Made by a program: the position numbers and the translations under genes | Notes under the pieces: model-generated | The model's database searches: none | The model's input: the letters and a program-made list of their open reading frames with translations, nothing else | Told to the model about the DNA's origin: nothing | Assembly (NCBI GenBank): GCA_965279515.1 | Contig: CBDIID010000003.1 | Location: forward strand, 992,001-1,056,000 | Source of the DNA: Turneriella sp. | Lineage (GTDB): Bacteria > Spirochaetota > Leptospiria > Turneriellales > Turneriellaceae | Length of the DNA: 64,000 nucleotides | Direction: 5' to 3' | In this document: in pieces, positions 47,694 to 57,199 of the stretch | Layout of the letters: each line of letters begins with the position of its first letter | How positions within the stretch are numbered: the first letter of the stretch is position 1

Positions 47694-49187
47694 TTAACCT
47701 ACCAACTGTCTTGCGACTTCAGTTAAAAGCCGTACACCATATCCGCTGCCCGACGCCGTGTAAACATTGAAGGGCTTCTTGATCATGCCGACGCCGGCGA
47801 TGTCGAGGTGCACCCACATCTGGCCGTCGTCGATAAATGCGTGCAGAAATTCGGCCGCTGTCGATGCACCGCCATACCTGCCGCCGATGTTGTTGAGATC
47901 AGCAATGTCGGAATTCAGCAATTCACGGTAGCGCTTGCCGACGGGCAAGGCCCAGACCGGCTCGAGCGATTCCGCCGCCGCCTTTTCGAGGAGTGCACGC
48001 GCGGTGGCATTGTTCGAAAACAGGCCGGCATAAAAATCGCCGAGCGCAACAACGCAGGCGCCGGTGAGCGTCGCCATGTCGATGACCACCTCAGTCTTAT
48101 AATGCTTCTGAACATACGTCAACGCGTCGGCGAGAATCAGCCGCCCCTCCGCATCAGTGTTCTGCACCTCGACGGTCTGGCCATTGAGCGCTGTGTAGAC
48201 ATCCCCCGGCTTAAACGCCGTGCCCGAAGGCATATTCTCAACCATCGCCACCGCACAGACGACATTGACATGCAGCTTCTGCTCGGCGATCGACGCCAGC
48301 GCATGCATCGCCATCGCGCTGCCTGACATGTCGTATTTCATCTCGTGCATGTCGCCGCCGGGTTTCAGGGAAATGCCGCCGGTATCGAAGGTCACACCTT
48401 TGCCGACGAGGCCTAGCGTTTTCTTCGCCTGCGGATGGCGGTACTCCAGTATAATGAGGCGCGGTTCGCGCGCCGAACCTTCGGCGACGGCGATAATACC
48501 GCCGGCCCCCATCTGGCGTAATTCTTTCATACCGTAGGATTTCATCTTGAGCGAGTATGTGCGCGCGAGGGCGGCGGCGCGTGTCTCCATTGTCTGCGGC
48601 GTCAGGTAATTTCCCGGCAGCGCCTGGGTTTGCCGCATGGCATTGATATGCCGCGCCTCGATGAGCGCCGAGGCCAGAATCGTTTCGGCGACTGACAGGA
48701 AATTGGCGGGCACCACGACACGGGTCTCTTTCACCTTCACTTTTTTGCGGTTCTTTTCGGCCTTGAGTAAGTCCGAAGGGTATTCGGCATTGCCCTGTGC
48801 TACGGCGAGTAACCTTAACGCCGAACGCAATCCCACTTTTTCATATGTCTCACGGTCGATGACGATATCGTAGACGTCGAGTTTTGCCGCCGCCTTTTGC
48901 AGCGCCGCTGCGACGGTATCGGCGAAAATCTCGGCGTCGAGTTTCTTCAGGTCGCCGAGGCCGACGAAGATGCCCTGTTTCAGGAATGTCGTCTCACCCG
49001 GGTCGGCCTTAAAGTATGCCGGCAAATCGCCGATGCCGGCCAGTTCGCCCTGCGTGATGAAGCGGACCTGCGGGCGTTTTGGGTCGCTCTTGGCGACGGC
49101 CCCGCAGCGGAGCTTATGCGGATATTCGAGAATATTTTTGTTATCGGACGCGCTTTTTTTAGCGGTTAGTTTTTTTTTGGCGGGCAT
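47694..49187 (-). CDS. pepA: Leucyl aminopeptidase (M17)
   Basis: GKGVTFDTGG, MKYDM, NTDAEGRL, ATLTGA, HLDIAG. Confidence 0.96.
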   Translation of the reverse strand: MPAKKKLTAKKSASDNKNILEYPHKLRCGAVAKSDPKRPQVRFITQGELAGIGDLPAYFKADPGETTFLKQGIFVGLGDLKKLDAEIFADTVAAALQKAAAKLDVYDIVIDRETYEKVGLRSALRLLAVAQGNAEYPSDLLKAEKNRKKVKVKETRVVVPANFLSVAETILASALIEARHINAMRQTQALPGNYLTPQTMETRAAALARTYSLKMKSYGMKELRQMGAGGIIAVAEGSAREPRLIILEYRHPQAKKTLGLVGKGVTFDTGGISLKPGGDMHEMKYDMSGSAMAMHALASIAEQKLHVNVVCAVAMVENMPSGTAFKPGDVYTALNGQTVEVQNTDAEGRLILADALTYVQKHYKTEVVIDMATLTGACVVALGDFYAGLFSNNATARALLEKAAAESLEPVWALPVGKRYRELLNSDIADLNNIGGRYGGASTAAEFLHAFIDDGQMWVHLDIAGVGMIKKPFNVYTASGSGYGVRLLTEVARQLVG

Positions 49188-49284
49188 GGTTGCCAACCCG
49201 AGTCTCAAATCCGATTAACGCGAAAAGGAAAAAGAAATCCGGTAAAAGGATAGGCGGCCTGTATTCGCCGTGCGGCTTTGCCGT

Positions 49285-49893
49285 ATGCGCCGCATCCGCG
49301 CTCAGGCGGGTTTTACTCTCATCGAACTCATGGTCGTACTTGTGATTGGCGGCTCGCTGCTGCTTCTGGCGTATAACCTGCTAACCAGTTTTATGCAGGC
49401 TCGCCTTTCGGGTAACCAGGATATCGCCTTCGAGGGCTATTTCCAGGACGCGCGGCGGCAGGCTCTCATCATGGCAAAAACGCTGACCCTCGAAGTGAAC
49501 CTCGAAAAAAAGACCTTCGGCCTCAGGGAATACGACTCGCGCCTTGAACTGAGTCCCGACGCGGCATTGCAACAGCTTGCCGACGTAAAACGCTACCGTT
49601 ATGAACGAGAGCGCGACAAAGAAAAAGAGAAAGAAGAGGCGCCGAAGCCCAAATGGGTCAACCGGGAGCAGAAGTTGCCGACGGTACTCAGGAAAATTCT
49701 CTCGAGCTCGGGTCTCGAACTTGCTGGCCCCATTATCTGGATCCATTTTTATCCGACGGGAAACTCCGATTCTGTCATTCTGCAGTTCGGTGAAACGAAT
49801 CCGAACTTCGTCTACATACCGCGCTACAACCTGGCGCCTGTTCACCTGAATGAAATCCGCATGTTTGAGCGCCAACGGGTGGTGCAGCGGTGA
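49285..49893 (+). CDS. Prepilin-type minor pseudopilin (GspH-like)
   Basis: AG|FTLIELMVV; C-terminal FYPTG motif typical of GspH. Confidence 0.8.
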   Translation: MRRIRAQAGFTLIELMVVLVIGGSLLLLAYNLLTSFMQARLSGNQDIAFEGYFQDARRQALIMAKTLTLEVNLEKKTFGLREYDSRLELSPDAALQQLADVKRYRYERERDKEKEKEEAPKPKWVNREQKLPTVLRKILSSSGLELAGPIIWIHFYPTGNSDSVILQFGETNPNFVYIPRYNLAPVHLNEIRMFERQRVVQR

Positions 49894-50387
49894 AGCTCAT
49901 ACGCGCATTCAGAAAATACGTCGTGCACAAGCGGCGGCGCGGCTTTACGCTCATCGAAGTTCTCATGGCAATGATGCTGACTGCGTCGCTCAGCGGCCTG
50001 ATCATCGGCAGCCTCGTCAATGCCATGGCGATGCGGCAGAAGGCATTGAGTCTTAACCGCGCGATTACTCTCGCGAAGAAAAAAATGCACGAAATTAAGG
50101 CGCTCAACAAAACCGACAGCGGGCGCGGCGACTTTAAAGACGTACCGGGTTACCGCTTCGAGTACCTGATCCGCGAGCAGGAACTCGACCTGCAGAAGAT
50201 AGCCGACGAAATGGGCGCGGGCAAAGAGGTCGCCAACAGCGCGGCAGCGAAATATTTTAAAGACCGCAACACATCGGCGAAGAGCGCCACGGGTCTGACA
50301 TTCAAACTTTTGCACTTCCACGTCGACGTCTCCTGGAACGATAAAGACAAGTACTCGCTCGACTATTACCGCGGGCTCGGAATATGA
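49890..50387 (+). CDS. Prepilin-type minor pseudopilin (GspI-like)
   Basis: RG|FTLIEVLMA; A..LA..KM.E and V.VSW motifs; 4-nt overlap with the upstream gene. Confidence 0.8.
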   Translation: MKLIRAFRKYVVHKRRRGFTLIEVLMAMMLTASLSGLIIGSLVNAMAMRQKALSLNRAITLAKKKMHEIKALNKTDSGRGDFKDVPGYRFEYLIREQELDLQKIADEMGAGKEVANSAAAKYFKDRNTSAKSATGLTFKLLHFHVDVSWNDKDKYSLDYYRGLGI

Positions 50388-51013
50388 AACGCCGCGGTTT
50401 TACTCTCGTCGAGCTGCTCATCGTCATCGGCCTCGCGGGGTTTATCTTCACCACGCTCATGGCTGTCTACATGCAGGTGAAAAAGTTGTCTTATGACCAG
50501 ACGCGCGTCTCAAGCCAGTCGTCGGCCGTCATCGAGCTCGGCGTCGCCATCAGCTATGATCTCGAAAACCTGATCTTTGAAAAGTATAATGTCCGCCAGG
50601 TCTTCAGCGTAGAGAAGGAACTGCACGGGGGCAAACGTTTTGATGCGTTTGTATTTCCCTCCGCGGCGCTCAACGCGAACCCCTCGGTACTCCAGGCGCG
50701 CAGCTTCATGGTATCTTATTTTGTCGAACGCAATCCGAACGGGCAGGATTATACGCTGTACCGCGCCGAAGACATGTACATCGACTATAAGAACCTGTTC
50801 CGCGGCGTCGCTGTGCCGATGCTTAAATTCATCGACGAATTCAAGGTCGAAGGTTCGAACAACGGCATTGATTATGAAGAGACCTGGGATTACAAGACGC
50901 GGCGGCAGATTCCCCGCTATATCAGGGCGACGATCCGTTACCGCCCGAGCGAACTTTCTAACGAAATCAGCGAATATGTCATCGACGTACGCCCGCCGAT
51001 ACTCTGGAACTGA
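50384..51013 (+). CDS. Prepilin-type minor pseudopilin (GspJ-like)
   Basis: RG|FTLVELLI; DL, VSY, LYR and WD....P motifs; 4-nt overlap with the upstream gene. Confidence 0.8.
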   Translation: MKRRGFTLVELLIVIGLAGFIFTTLMAVYMQVKKLSYDQTRVSSQSSAVIELGVAISYDLENLIFEKYNVRQVFSVEKELHGGKRFDAFVFPSAALNANPSVLQARSFMVSYFVERNPNGQDYTLYRAEDMYIDYKNLFRGVAVPMLKFIDEFKVEGSNNGIDYEETWDYKTRRQIPRYIRATIRYRPSELSNEISEYVIDVRPPILWN

Positions 51014-52177
51014 TCAGAGGCGCCAGAGTTCGCCCAGCAGGCTGTCGGTGAATTTCAACCCGAGATGGCTCTGCACATAGGTTTGATTCCTGCGTTCAAA
51101 CCAGCCCTTCTCCACAGCGCTCTCAAGAATGCGCAGTGCGTCGCGGCGCTGACCCCCGTCTGCAAACATGGCCAGAATGCGGTTCGCGTGAAATGGCCGT
51201 TTGAGGCGTAAGAGGTTGATGAGCTGGTCGCGCTCCGAAACCCCGGTATCCTCATCGCCTGAACTGCCTGCGAGGTATTTTTCCAGCGACCGCGCATGGA
51301 AGAGCCGCCGCCGCCCGGTAAAACCATGCGCCGACACGCCGAGGCCCAGGTAAGGCCTGCCTGTCCAGTAGATGAGGTTATGCAGGCAGGATTTATCGCC
51401 GTGGCAAAAATTAGAAATCTCATAGCGGGTGAAATCCTGCTTTTCCAGGTGCTGAATCGCTGCTTCCATCTGCCGCACCTGCTGCGTATCGCTGGGTCTC
51501 ACCAGGGCCTTCGCTTCGATGCGCTGCTTGAGCAATGTACCCGTCTCGACCGTCAGCTGGTAGAGCGAGACGTGGTTTACGCCCTCGCCCAGGGCAAAAT
51601 CGAGATCTGCCAAAGTGCTGCGTACGCTTTGTCCGGGAACGCCGGTAATAAAGTCGGCGTTGAAGTTTAAAAAGCCAGCGGCGCGGACACGTTTCAGCAC
51701 TGCGCTGTAAGCAGCGGGGTTATAGAGGCGGCCCAGGTACTTGAGCACCGGCTCATCGAGGCTCTGCATACCGACACTGATACGGTTCACTCCCGCCTGC
51801 CGCCAGGCGCCGAGAATATCTTCCGTCAACGATTCCGGGTTGGCTTCGGCGCTGATTTCAAGTACGGGGCGACGCAACGGAAAAATTTCCGTAACTGCAC
51901 GGATCACCTGCTCGACCACAAAGCCGGGGGCTTTCGACGGGGTACCTCCGCCAAAAAAGACCGATGCCAGAACAGGGTTCGGCGTATCTTCTTTCAGCGA
52001 TGCGAATTGACGGTTCAGATCTTCGAGCAGGCGGTCAAGGTAGCGGCGCCAGAAAGTATCATCGACGTGGCGGTTGGCCAGCGAATAAAAATCGCAATAG
52101 GCACATTTGACGTCGCAGAATGGCAGGTGCACATAGACGCCGCAAAGACGCCCTCTCTGGCCGCGGCGCGGCTTCAC
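51014..52177 (-). CDS. hemW: Radical SAM heme chaperone HemW
   Basis: YVHLPFCDVKCAYCDF, GGGTPS, EANP, YEISN, HNLIYW. Confidence 0.92.
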   Translation of the reverse strand: MKPRRGQRGRLCGVYVHLPFCDVKCAYCDFYSLANRHVDDTFWRRYLDRLLEDLNRQFASLKEDTPNPVLASVFFGGGTPSKAPGFVVEQVIRAVTEIFPLRRPVLEISAEANPESLTEDILGAWRQAGVNRISVGMQSLDEPVLKYLGRLYNPAAYSAVLKRVRAAGFLNFNADFITGVPGQSVRSTLADLDFALGEGVNHVSLYQLTVETGTLLKQRIEAKALVRPSDTQQVRQMEAAIQHLEKQDFTRYEISNFCHGDKSCLHNLIYWTGRPYLGLGVSAHGFTGRRRLFHARSLEKYLAGSSGDEDTGVSERDQLINLLRLKRPFHANRILAMFADGGQRRDALRILESAVEKGWFERRNQTYVQSHLGLKFTDSLLGELWRL

Positions 52178-52183
52178 TTGTGC

Positions 52184-52720
52184 TTAATAATGCAGCAGAC
52201 TTTCGACTGCGGCAAAACCCGCCTGTTTCAGTTTACCGCGGCCTTCGAGAAAGTCGAGCTCGATGGCAAAGAGAATTTTTTTCACATCGGCGCCGGCGTC
52301 GCGTAGTAAACAGGCAGCGGCAGTCGCGGTACCCCCCGTCGCCAAAAGATCATCGACGACGGCCACCTTGTCGCCGGCTTTCACGGCATCTTCGTGGATC
52401 TCAATCGCGTCGGTGCCGTATTCGAGCTGGTAGGTGGCCTTGAGCGTCTTCCAGGGCAGCTTGCCGGGCTTGCGCAGCAGCACGAGACCGATACCCAGCT
52501 CGGTCGCCAGTGCGCTGGCAAAAATAAATCCGCGCGACTCAATGCCGGCAACATAGCGCAGGCTTTCGCCCTTCAGCTGGTCTGCCATGGCGTTGATGAT
52601 AGCCTTGAACGCAGCTGCATCCTGCAGCACAGGTGTGATATCCTTGAACTGAATACCGGGCTTCGGAAAGTCCGGTACGTTGCGTATCAGTGCGTCGATT
52701 TTTTTTCCAATCTCTGTCAT
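52184..52720 (-). CDS. apt: Adenine phosphoribosyltransferase
   Basis: PDFPKPGI.FKDI, LEYG, VDDLLATGGT. Confidence 0.98.
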   Translation of the reverse strand: MTEIGKKIDALIRNVPDFPKPGIQFKDITPVLQDAAAFKAIINAMADQLKGESLRYVAGIESRGFIFASALATELGIGLVLLRKPGKLPWKTLKATYQLEYGTDAIEIHEDAVKAGDKVAVVDDLLATGGTATAAACLLRDAGADVKKILFAIELDFLEGRGKLKQAGFAAVESLLHY

Positions 52721-52727
52721 ATTTTCC

Positions 52728-53708
52728 TTAGGGGCGATCCTGTAATTTCAGGAAACCCGGTATCATATAATTTTGCACATAGTCTTTGACGCCGTCTTCG
52801 AGCGAAGTTTTCTTCAGCTGAATGCCGGTAGCCGCAAGTTTCGTCATATTGGCTTCGGTGAAATACTGGTAACTGCCGACGAGATTCGACGGCATGTCGA
52901 TGTATTCGATTTTTTTCTCCGCGCCCATCGCGGCAAAAACCGCCGAAGCGAGGTCATTCCAGCTGCGCGCGCCACCCGAGCCGAGGTTAAAAACCCCGTT
53001 GATCTGCGGTTTTTTTATCAGCTGCAAAATGACGTCCACACAATCTTTAATGTAGACGAAGTCGCGCTTTTGGTCGCCGTCAGTGTAGTCGGGGCGGTGT
53101 GATTTAAACAGCTTCAGAAAACCGTTTTCACCGATCTGGTTAAAAGCCTTGTACACGACGCTCGACATGTCGGCCTTATGGTATTCATTGGGGCCATAGA
53201 CGTTAAAAAACTTGAGACCGGCGATGTTCTTCTGCCAGCCATTCTGTATCGCCACCTCGTCGAAAATCTGTTTCGAATAGCCGTAACGGTTGATCGGCTG
53301 CAGTGTCATGCTGGTGGCATCGTCGTCGTCAAAACCCTTTTCGATGCCGCCGTACGTCGCGGCGCTCGAGGCATAGATGAGTCGAATGCCCTTTTCGAGT
53401 GCAAATTCGGCGAGCATGCGTGTGTACGCATAGTTATTCGCCATGAGGTAATCCCCGTTGGTCTCGGTGGTCGCTGAGCAGGCGCCCATGTGCACAATGG
53501 TCTTCAGGCCCTTCAGTTCAGGCGTACCAAGCGAGGCCAGAAACTGGGATTTATGCAAATAATGGCGGTATTTGAGCGAAACGAGGTTTTTCCACTTCGG
53601 GGATTCGTCGAGATTATCGACGATGACAATATCTTTTTCACCCTCGGCATTGAGGCGTGCCACAACGGCGCTGCCGATGAAACCCGCTCCGCCTGTTACG
53701 ACGATCAT
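52728..53708 (-). CDS. rfaD: ADP-L-glycero-D-manno-heptose 6-epimerase
   Basis: MIVVTGGAGFIGS, HMGACSATT, YGYSK, FNVYGP.E.HK, YQYFTEA. Confidence 0.96.
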   Translation of the reverse strand: MIVVTGGAGFIGSAVVARLNAEGEKDIVIVDNLDESPKWKNLVSLKYRHYLHKSQFLASLGTPELKGLKTIVHMGACSATTETNGDYLMANNYAYTRMLAEFALEKGIRLIYASSAATYGGIEKGFDDDDATSMTLQPINRYGYSKQIFDEVAIQNGWQKNIAGLKFFNVYGPNEYHKADMSSVVYKAFNQIGENGFLKLFKSHRPDYTDGDQKRDFVYIKDCVDVILQLIKKPQINGVFNLGSGGARSWNDLASAVFAAMGAEKKIEYIDMPSNLVGSYQYFTEANMTKLAATGIQLKKTSLEDGVKDYVQNYMIPGFLKLQDRP

Positions 53709-53787
53709 GTGGGAGAAGCGGGAGCGGCGCACACTCTGAAAAGCACAAACGCTTGTCCCCATGTTTCAAGGATAGTAACCGGATAGG

Positions 53788-54522
53788 GTGACGTTTAAAG
53801 TCCTAATCATCGAGGATAACCATAGCTTTATCGACAGCCTCAAGGTGATGCTGCGCGACCTACCCCTCGATTTTGTCCACGCCTTCCGCTACACCGATGC
53901 GCAGGCAATCATTGAAAAGCACGGCGTGTTTTATAATAAACAGGCAGAAGACGCAACGCAGATCGCTGCTGAACAGGTAGAAGCCATCATCGATGCGGCC
54001 ACGACAGGTAAAAAACGCGCCTCAGTGCCTACGGCAAAACTTTACAATCCCGGTGGTGTGTTCCTCATCATCGTGGAACAGAATACAGAAACCAGCATGA
54101 AGGGCACCGATTTTATCGGCCACGCGGTACGCAAATTTCCCGGCATTTCTGAATCTGATTTTATTTTACTGACTCACCGGCTCGAGCTCGTACCGGCAAA
54201 AAATTATGTATTTCCTGTGCTTGAGAAACCGCTGCGCGCTCCGCAGATTCGCCAGGCTGTCGCGGTGAAACTCAAACATGCGCAAGACATCGTCGACATG
54301 CAGGCACGCGTCGAAGCCCAGAAACTGGACAAAAGCGAAAAACAAGTGGCGGCGGCTCCGGCAGCGGCAAAAAAGAAAGGCTTCCGTGATCTCCTGAAGA
54401 TAAACCGCAAGGCAGAAGAAACGGCTGAACCAAAAGCCGAAGAGAAGAAGACCGTTAAAAAAACCAAAAAGGCCGCACCCGCGAAACCGGCAAAAAAGAC
54501 CGCTAAAGCAAAATCAAAATAA
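53788..54522 (+). CDS. Atypical receiver-domain protein with a Lys/Ala-rich C-terminal tail
   Basis: KVLIIEDN, FILLT and LEKP are retained; Glu occupies the expected phospho-Asp position. Confidence 0.7.
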   Translation: MTFKVLIIEDNHSFIDSLKVMLRDLPLDFVHAFRYTDAQAIIEKHGVFYNKQAEDATQIAAEQVEAIIDAATTGKKRASVPTAKLYNPGGVFLIIVEQNTETSMKGTDFIGHAVRKFPGISESDFILLTHRLELVPAKNYVFPVLEKPLRAPQIRQAVAVKLKHAQDIVDMQARVEAQKLDKSEKQVAAAPAAAKKKGFRDLLKINRKAEETAEPKAEEKKTVKKTKKAAPAKPAKKTAKAKSK

Positions 54523-54563
54523 GCCGGAAAAAATCCGCCGGCGCAGGCAAGCTCCCTGCAAAA

Positions 54564-55313
54564 CTACATATGATCGAGCGCGCATTTGATGCTGAGGCCG
54601 CCCTCCACGGGCGTTACCTCCATCGACCAGAGATGCACACAGCCGCCTTGTTTGGTGCGCCAGCCGCAATCTTTGATCGTGCCGCTCTGCGCCTTGAATG
54701 AAGCGTACGTTAAAGAACGGAAGTGTGACGCGCAGCGTTTGCAAATCTGAAAACCGATTTCATCGTCGCGCGCGGGAATAAAAAGCGTCATGGTGCGGAT
54801 GCCCTCTGTGACAGAACCCTCGGCAGAAACATTGCCGCTAAATTTTTGCTGCCAGGTGTAAGAGCCGGCGCCTTTTGCCGCCTGGGCCGGATCATCGCCT
54901 GCCCGGGTCTCAGGCCCCTCAGGCGTAAAGGCCGTGCGCGCATAATCGGCGAGTCCTGAACAGTTTGCCTGCGGTAACGGTACGGGGCTTAAAAAACCTG
55001 AAAAGATCCAGCCGGATTTCCCCTGGTATGTGGCCTGGACCCACTGGCCGGTTTTTCCTGAGCGTGTCTCCGGGTTTCCCGCAGGTTTACCCACAGTCAC
55101 AGAGGCGCCGAACGGAAGCGCCACGAGCTCTTTGGCGGTTGCCGAAGGTTGTTCGTTCAGCGGCAGCGAAGGTTCAGCAAAGACATACATATTCACCGGC
55201 AGGGCAGATTCCGCTGAAGCGCCCTCTTTGGGCTTGCAACCGGCAAAGACCGAAACCACCGCAAAAAGCGGAAAAATAAAAATAACACGAGAAAAAATAT
55301 TTTGCAATGGCAT
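54564..55313 (-). CDS. SH3b-domain lipoprotein
   Basis: Lipobox FAGC; L...PS......LPFG..V...W......GWIFSGFL. Confidence 0.82.
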   Translation of the reverse strand: MPLQNIFSRVIFIFPLFAVVSVFAGCKPKEGASAESALPVNMYVFAEPSLPLNEQPSATAKELVALPFGASVTVGKPAGNPETRSGKTGQWVQATYQGKSGWIFSGFLSPVPLPQANCSGLADYARTAFTPEGPETRAGDDPAQAAKGAGSYTWQQKFSGNVSAEGSVTEGIRTMTLFIPARDDEIGFQICKRCASHFRSLTYASFKAQSGTIKDCGWRTKQGGCVHLWSMEVTPVEGGLSIKCALDHM

Positions 55314-55344
55314 CCTTAAGGATTTTTGGGATCACCGCTCATTC

Positions 55345-55482
55345 TGTCACGGCTAAAATAGATGCAAGCTGCAACCAGCCGCGTGCCGGTGCGCTATGTA
55401 CAGGTAAATGCAAAATAGTTACGGGCAAAGAAAGCGGCAGCGCCAGTATCAGCGCCCACGAAATGACCTGCCAGCCGCCATA
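55345..55482 (-). pseudogene. Fragment of a DMT/EamA-family transporter
   Basis: GGWQVISWALILALPLSLP matches the internal TM segment of EamA/DMT transporters; no start, and the frame decays into a stop. Confidence 0.6.
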
Positions 55483-55511
55483 GGGTGCGGGTGTGAAACA
55501 ATATACGAAAT

Positions 55512-56012
55512 TTAACCGGGGCTTTTCGGGCGGATCGGTATACAAATATCTTCCTCTGAGTTCGGATCGCCATTTTTATACCTATTCCCCAGGACTTCAA
55601 AATGAGGCCGGTCATCGAGAGCGTACGGCGAACCGGGCAACCAATCCCCATGGATGTATTCAAATATTCGCGTGTCTGTGTTGAGGCCCTTATAGGGAAA
55701 AATGGCGTAGAGACCGGCGGGCACTACCAGAGTTTCCATATTGCCGGGGATATCTTCAAAATCGTTGACTTCGACGCCGGCCCATCTTTGAAAATTAGCT
55801 TCGGGATTGAAATCTTTCTTAGAGAATGAGAAGTTTTTGGGATAGACACCGAGCGAAAGCAAATCGCCGTTAATCCGGTTCTTTATCTGTGCGCTCTGTG
55901 GCATGAACTGACCCCAGAGCAGGCCGACCTTATAATTCAGAAAACTCATTTCCATACCGATGCCAATGATTTTTTTCCCGGCGATCGATTCAATCTTGGG
56001 TATGACAGTCAT
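55512..56012 (-). CDS. GyrI-like small-molecule-binding protein
   Basis: IIGI, LWGQF, WAGVEV, PAGLYAIF.YKG, WLP.S.Y.LDDRPHFE, EEDICIPI. Confidence 0.9.
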   Translation of the reverse strand: MTVIPKIESIAGKKIIGIGMEMSFLNYKVGLLWGQFMPQSAQIKNRINGDLLSLGVYPKNFSFSKKDFNPEANFQRWAGVEVNDFEDIPGNMETLVVPAGLYAIFPYKGLNTDTRIFEYIHGDWLPGSPYALDDRPHFEVLGNRYKNGDPNSEEDICIPIRPKSPG

Positions 56013-56587
56013 GGTAAGGATACCTCTATTCCATATTTTGCCAGCAAACCGGGTAAGCCAGATAAATCAAATCGGGCCTTGCGGATACGGTTGGCTTCGG
56101 GATCAATAACAAAGCCATACGATTCGCGGAAGTCCACCTTCTCTAAATTAGTCCTGTAAAAACCAGTGTTGGTTAAATTACACGCCGAGAAAACGGAACC
56201 TGTAAGGTCGGTTTTTTCGAAATCGGCCTGCGATAGATCGCAGTGACTGAGCATAGTTTTCCTGAGCCTTAGCTCTGAAAAACATGACTGTCGCAAATTG
56301 CAGGATTGGAACGAAAACCTTAAAGAGAACGGATTGCAAGAGGAGAAATTTACCCCCAGGAGCTTGCAGTCTCTGTAAAGGCAATCTGTTATTGTCGTGT
56401 TGTTCAGGGATACCAGGCTAAAATTGCAGCTCACAAATTCGCAATCCAGGAATCGCAGATCTGCCAGGTCGCAGGATTCAAAGTTACAAGCGAGGAACTT
56501 ACAGCCGGAATATTCCGCAGGCGGCAGGTGACTTACCCGAAAATCCTGATCGGAAAATACCTGACTCTCAAAAAGCTCCACAATCAA
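56009..56587 (-). CDS. Pentapeptide-repeat protein (Qnr/MfpA/YjcF-like)
   Basis: Continuous C.F..C.F/ADF..TDL pentapeptides; IDPEANRIRKARF C-terminus; TTG or GTG start. Confidence 0.9.
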   Translation of the reverse strand: MIVELFESQVFSDQDFRVSHLPPAEYSGCKFLACNFESCDLADLRFLDCEFVSCNFSLVSLNNTTITDCLYRDCKLLGVNFSSCNPFSLRFSFQSCNLRQSCFSELRLRKTMLSHCDLSQADFEKTDLTGSVFSACNLTNTGFYRTNLEKVDFRESYGFVIDPEANRIRKARFDLSGLPGLLAKYGIEVSLP

Positions 56588-56628
56588 ATGATGTATATTT
56601 TACATCATATATATTGTAAATAATATAT
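56588..56628. promoter_or_regulatory. Two adjacent AT-rich palindromes, likely MarR operators in the divergent promoter region
   Basis: ATGATGTA-TATTT-TACATCAT (56588-56608) and ATATATT-GTAAAT-AATATAT (56609-56628). Confidence 0.6.
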
Positions 56629-56683
56629 TATTACGCATGAATTTTCCTGTGCAGCTTGCACGAATATTGTAACGCTGCCGTGG

Positions 56684-57148
56684 ATGGAAAAAAAGTCACA
56701 AAATCTGGGGTTTCTGCTTTCGCAAATCGGTGCGTATATCGGTATTGAATTCAGGCAGAGGTTACAGCAACTACAGATTTCCAGTGGTCAGGCGGGCATT
56801 ATGCGCTTAGTGAGTTTATCCGCAAAGATCAGCCAACGGGAACTTGCCAATAAACTTTCCGTTAACCCCAGTCGGTTGGTCATCTTACTGGATGAGCTGG
56901 AAAAAATGAAATTAATCCTGCGCACGGTCGACAGCAGCGACCGGCGGAATCACAACCTGCGGCTGACAGAAGATGGCGTAAAAATGGTAAAGAAGGTGGG
57001 CAACATTTCACGAAACCTGACGGAGAGCTTATGCGGCGCTCTTACGCCCGGCGAAAAAGACATGCTGGAGAGCTTGCTGCAAAAAATAGCTACGGATCAG
57101 AACTTAGCGCCGAACGTCCATCCGGCTTTCAAGGCAAATCTGGAATAA
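56684..57148 (+). CDS. MarR-family regulator
   Basis: SQRELA, LDELE, DRR...L.LT..G. Confidence 0.93.
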   Translation: MEKKSQNLGFLLSQIGAYIGIEFRQRLQQLQISSGQAGIMRLVSLSAKISQRELANKLSVNPSRLVILLDELEKMKLILRTVDSSDRRNHNLRLTEDGVKMVKKVGNISRNLTESLCGALTPGEKDMLESLLQKIATDQNLAPNVHPAFKANLE

Positions 57149-57199
57149 TCTTTTTAACCCGCAAGCACCTGGCAGAATGCGGCTACCGGTAACCCCGGT

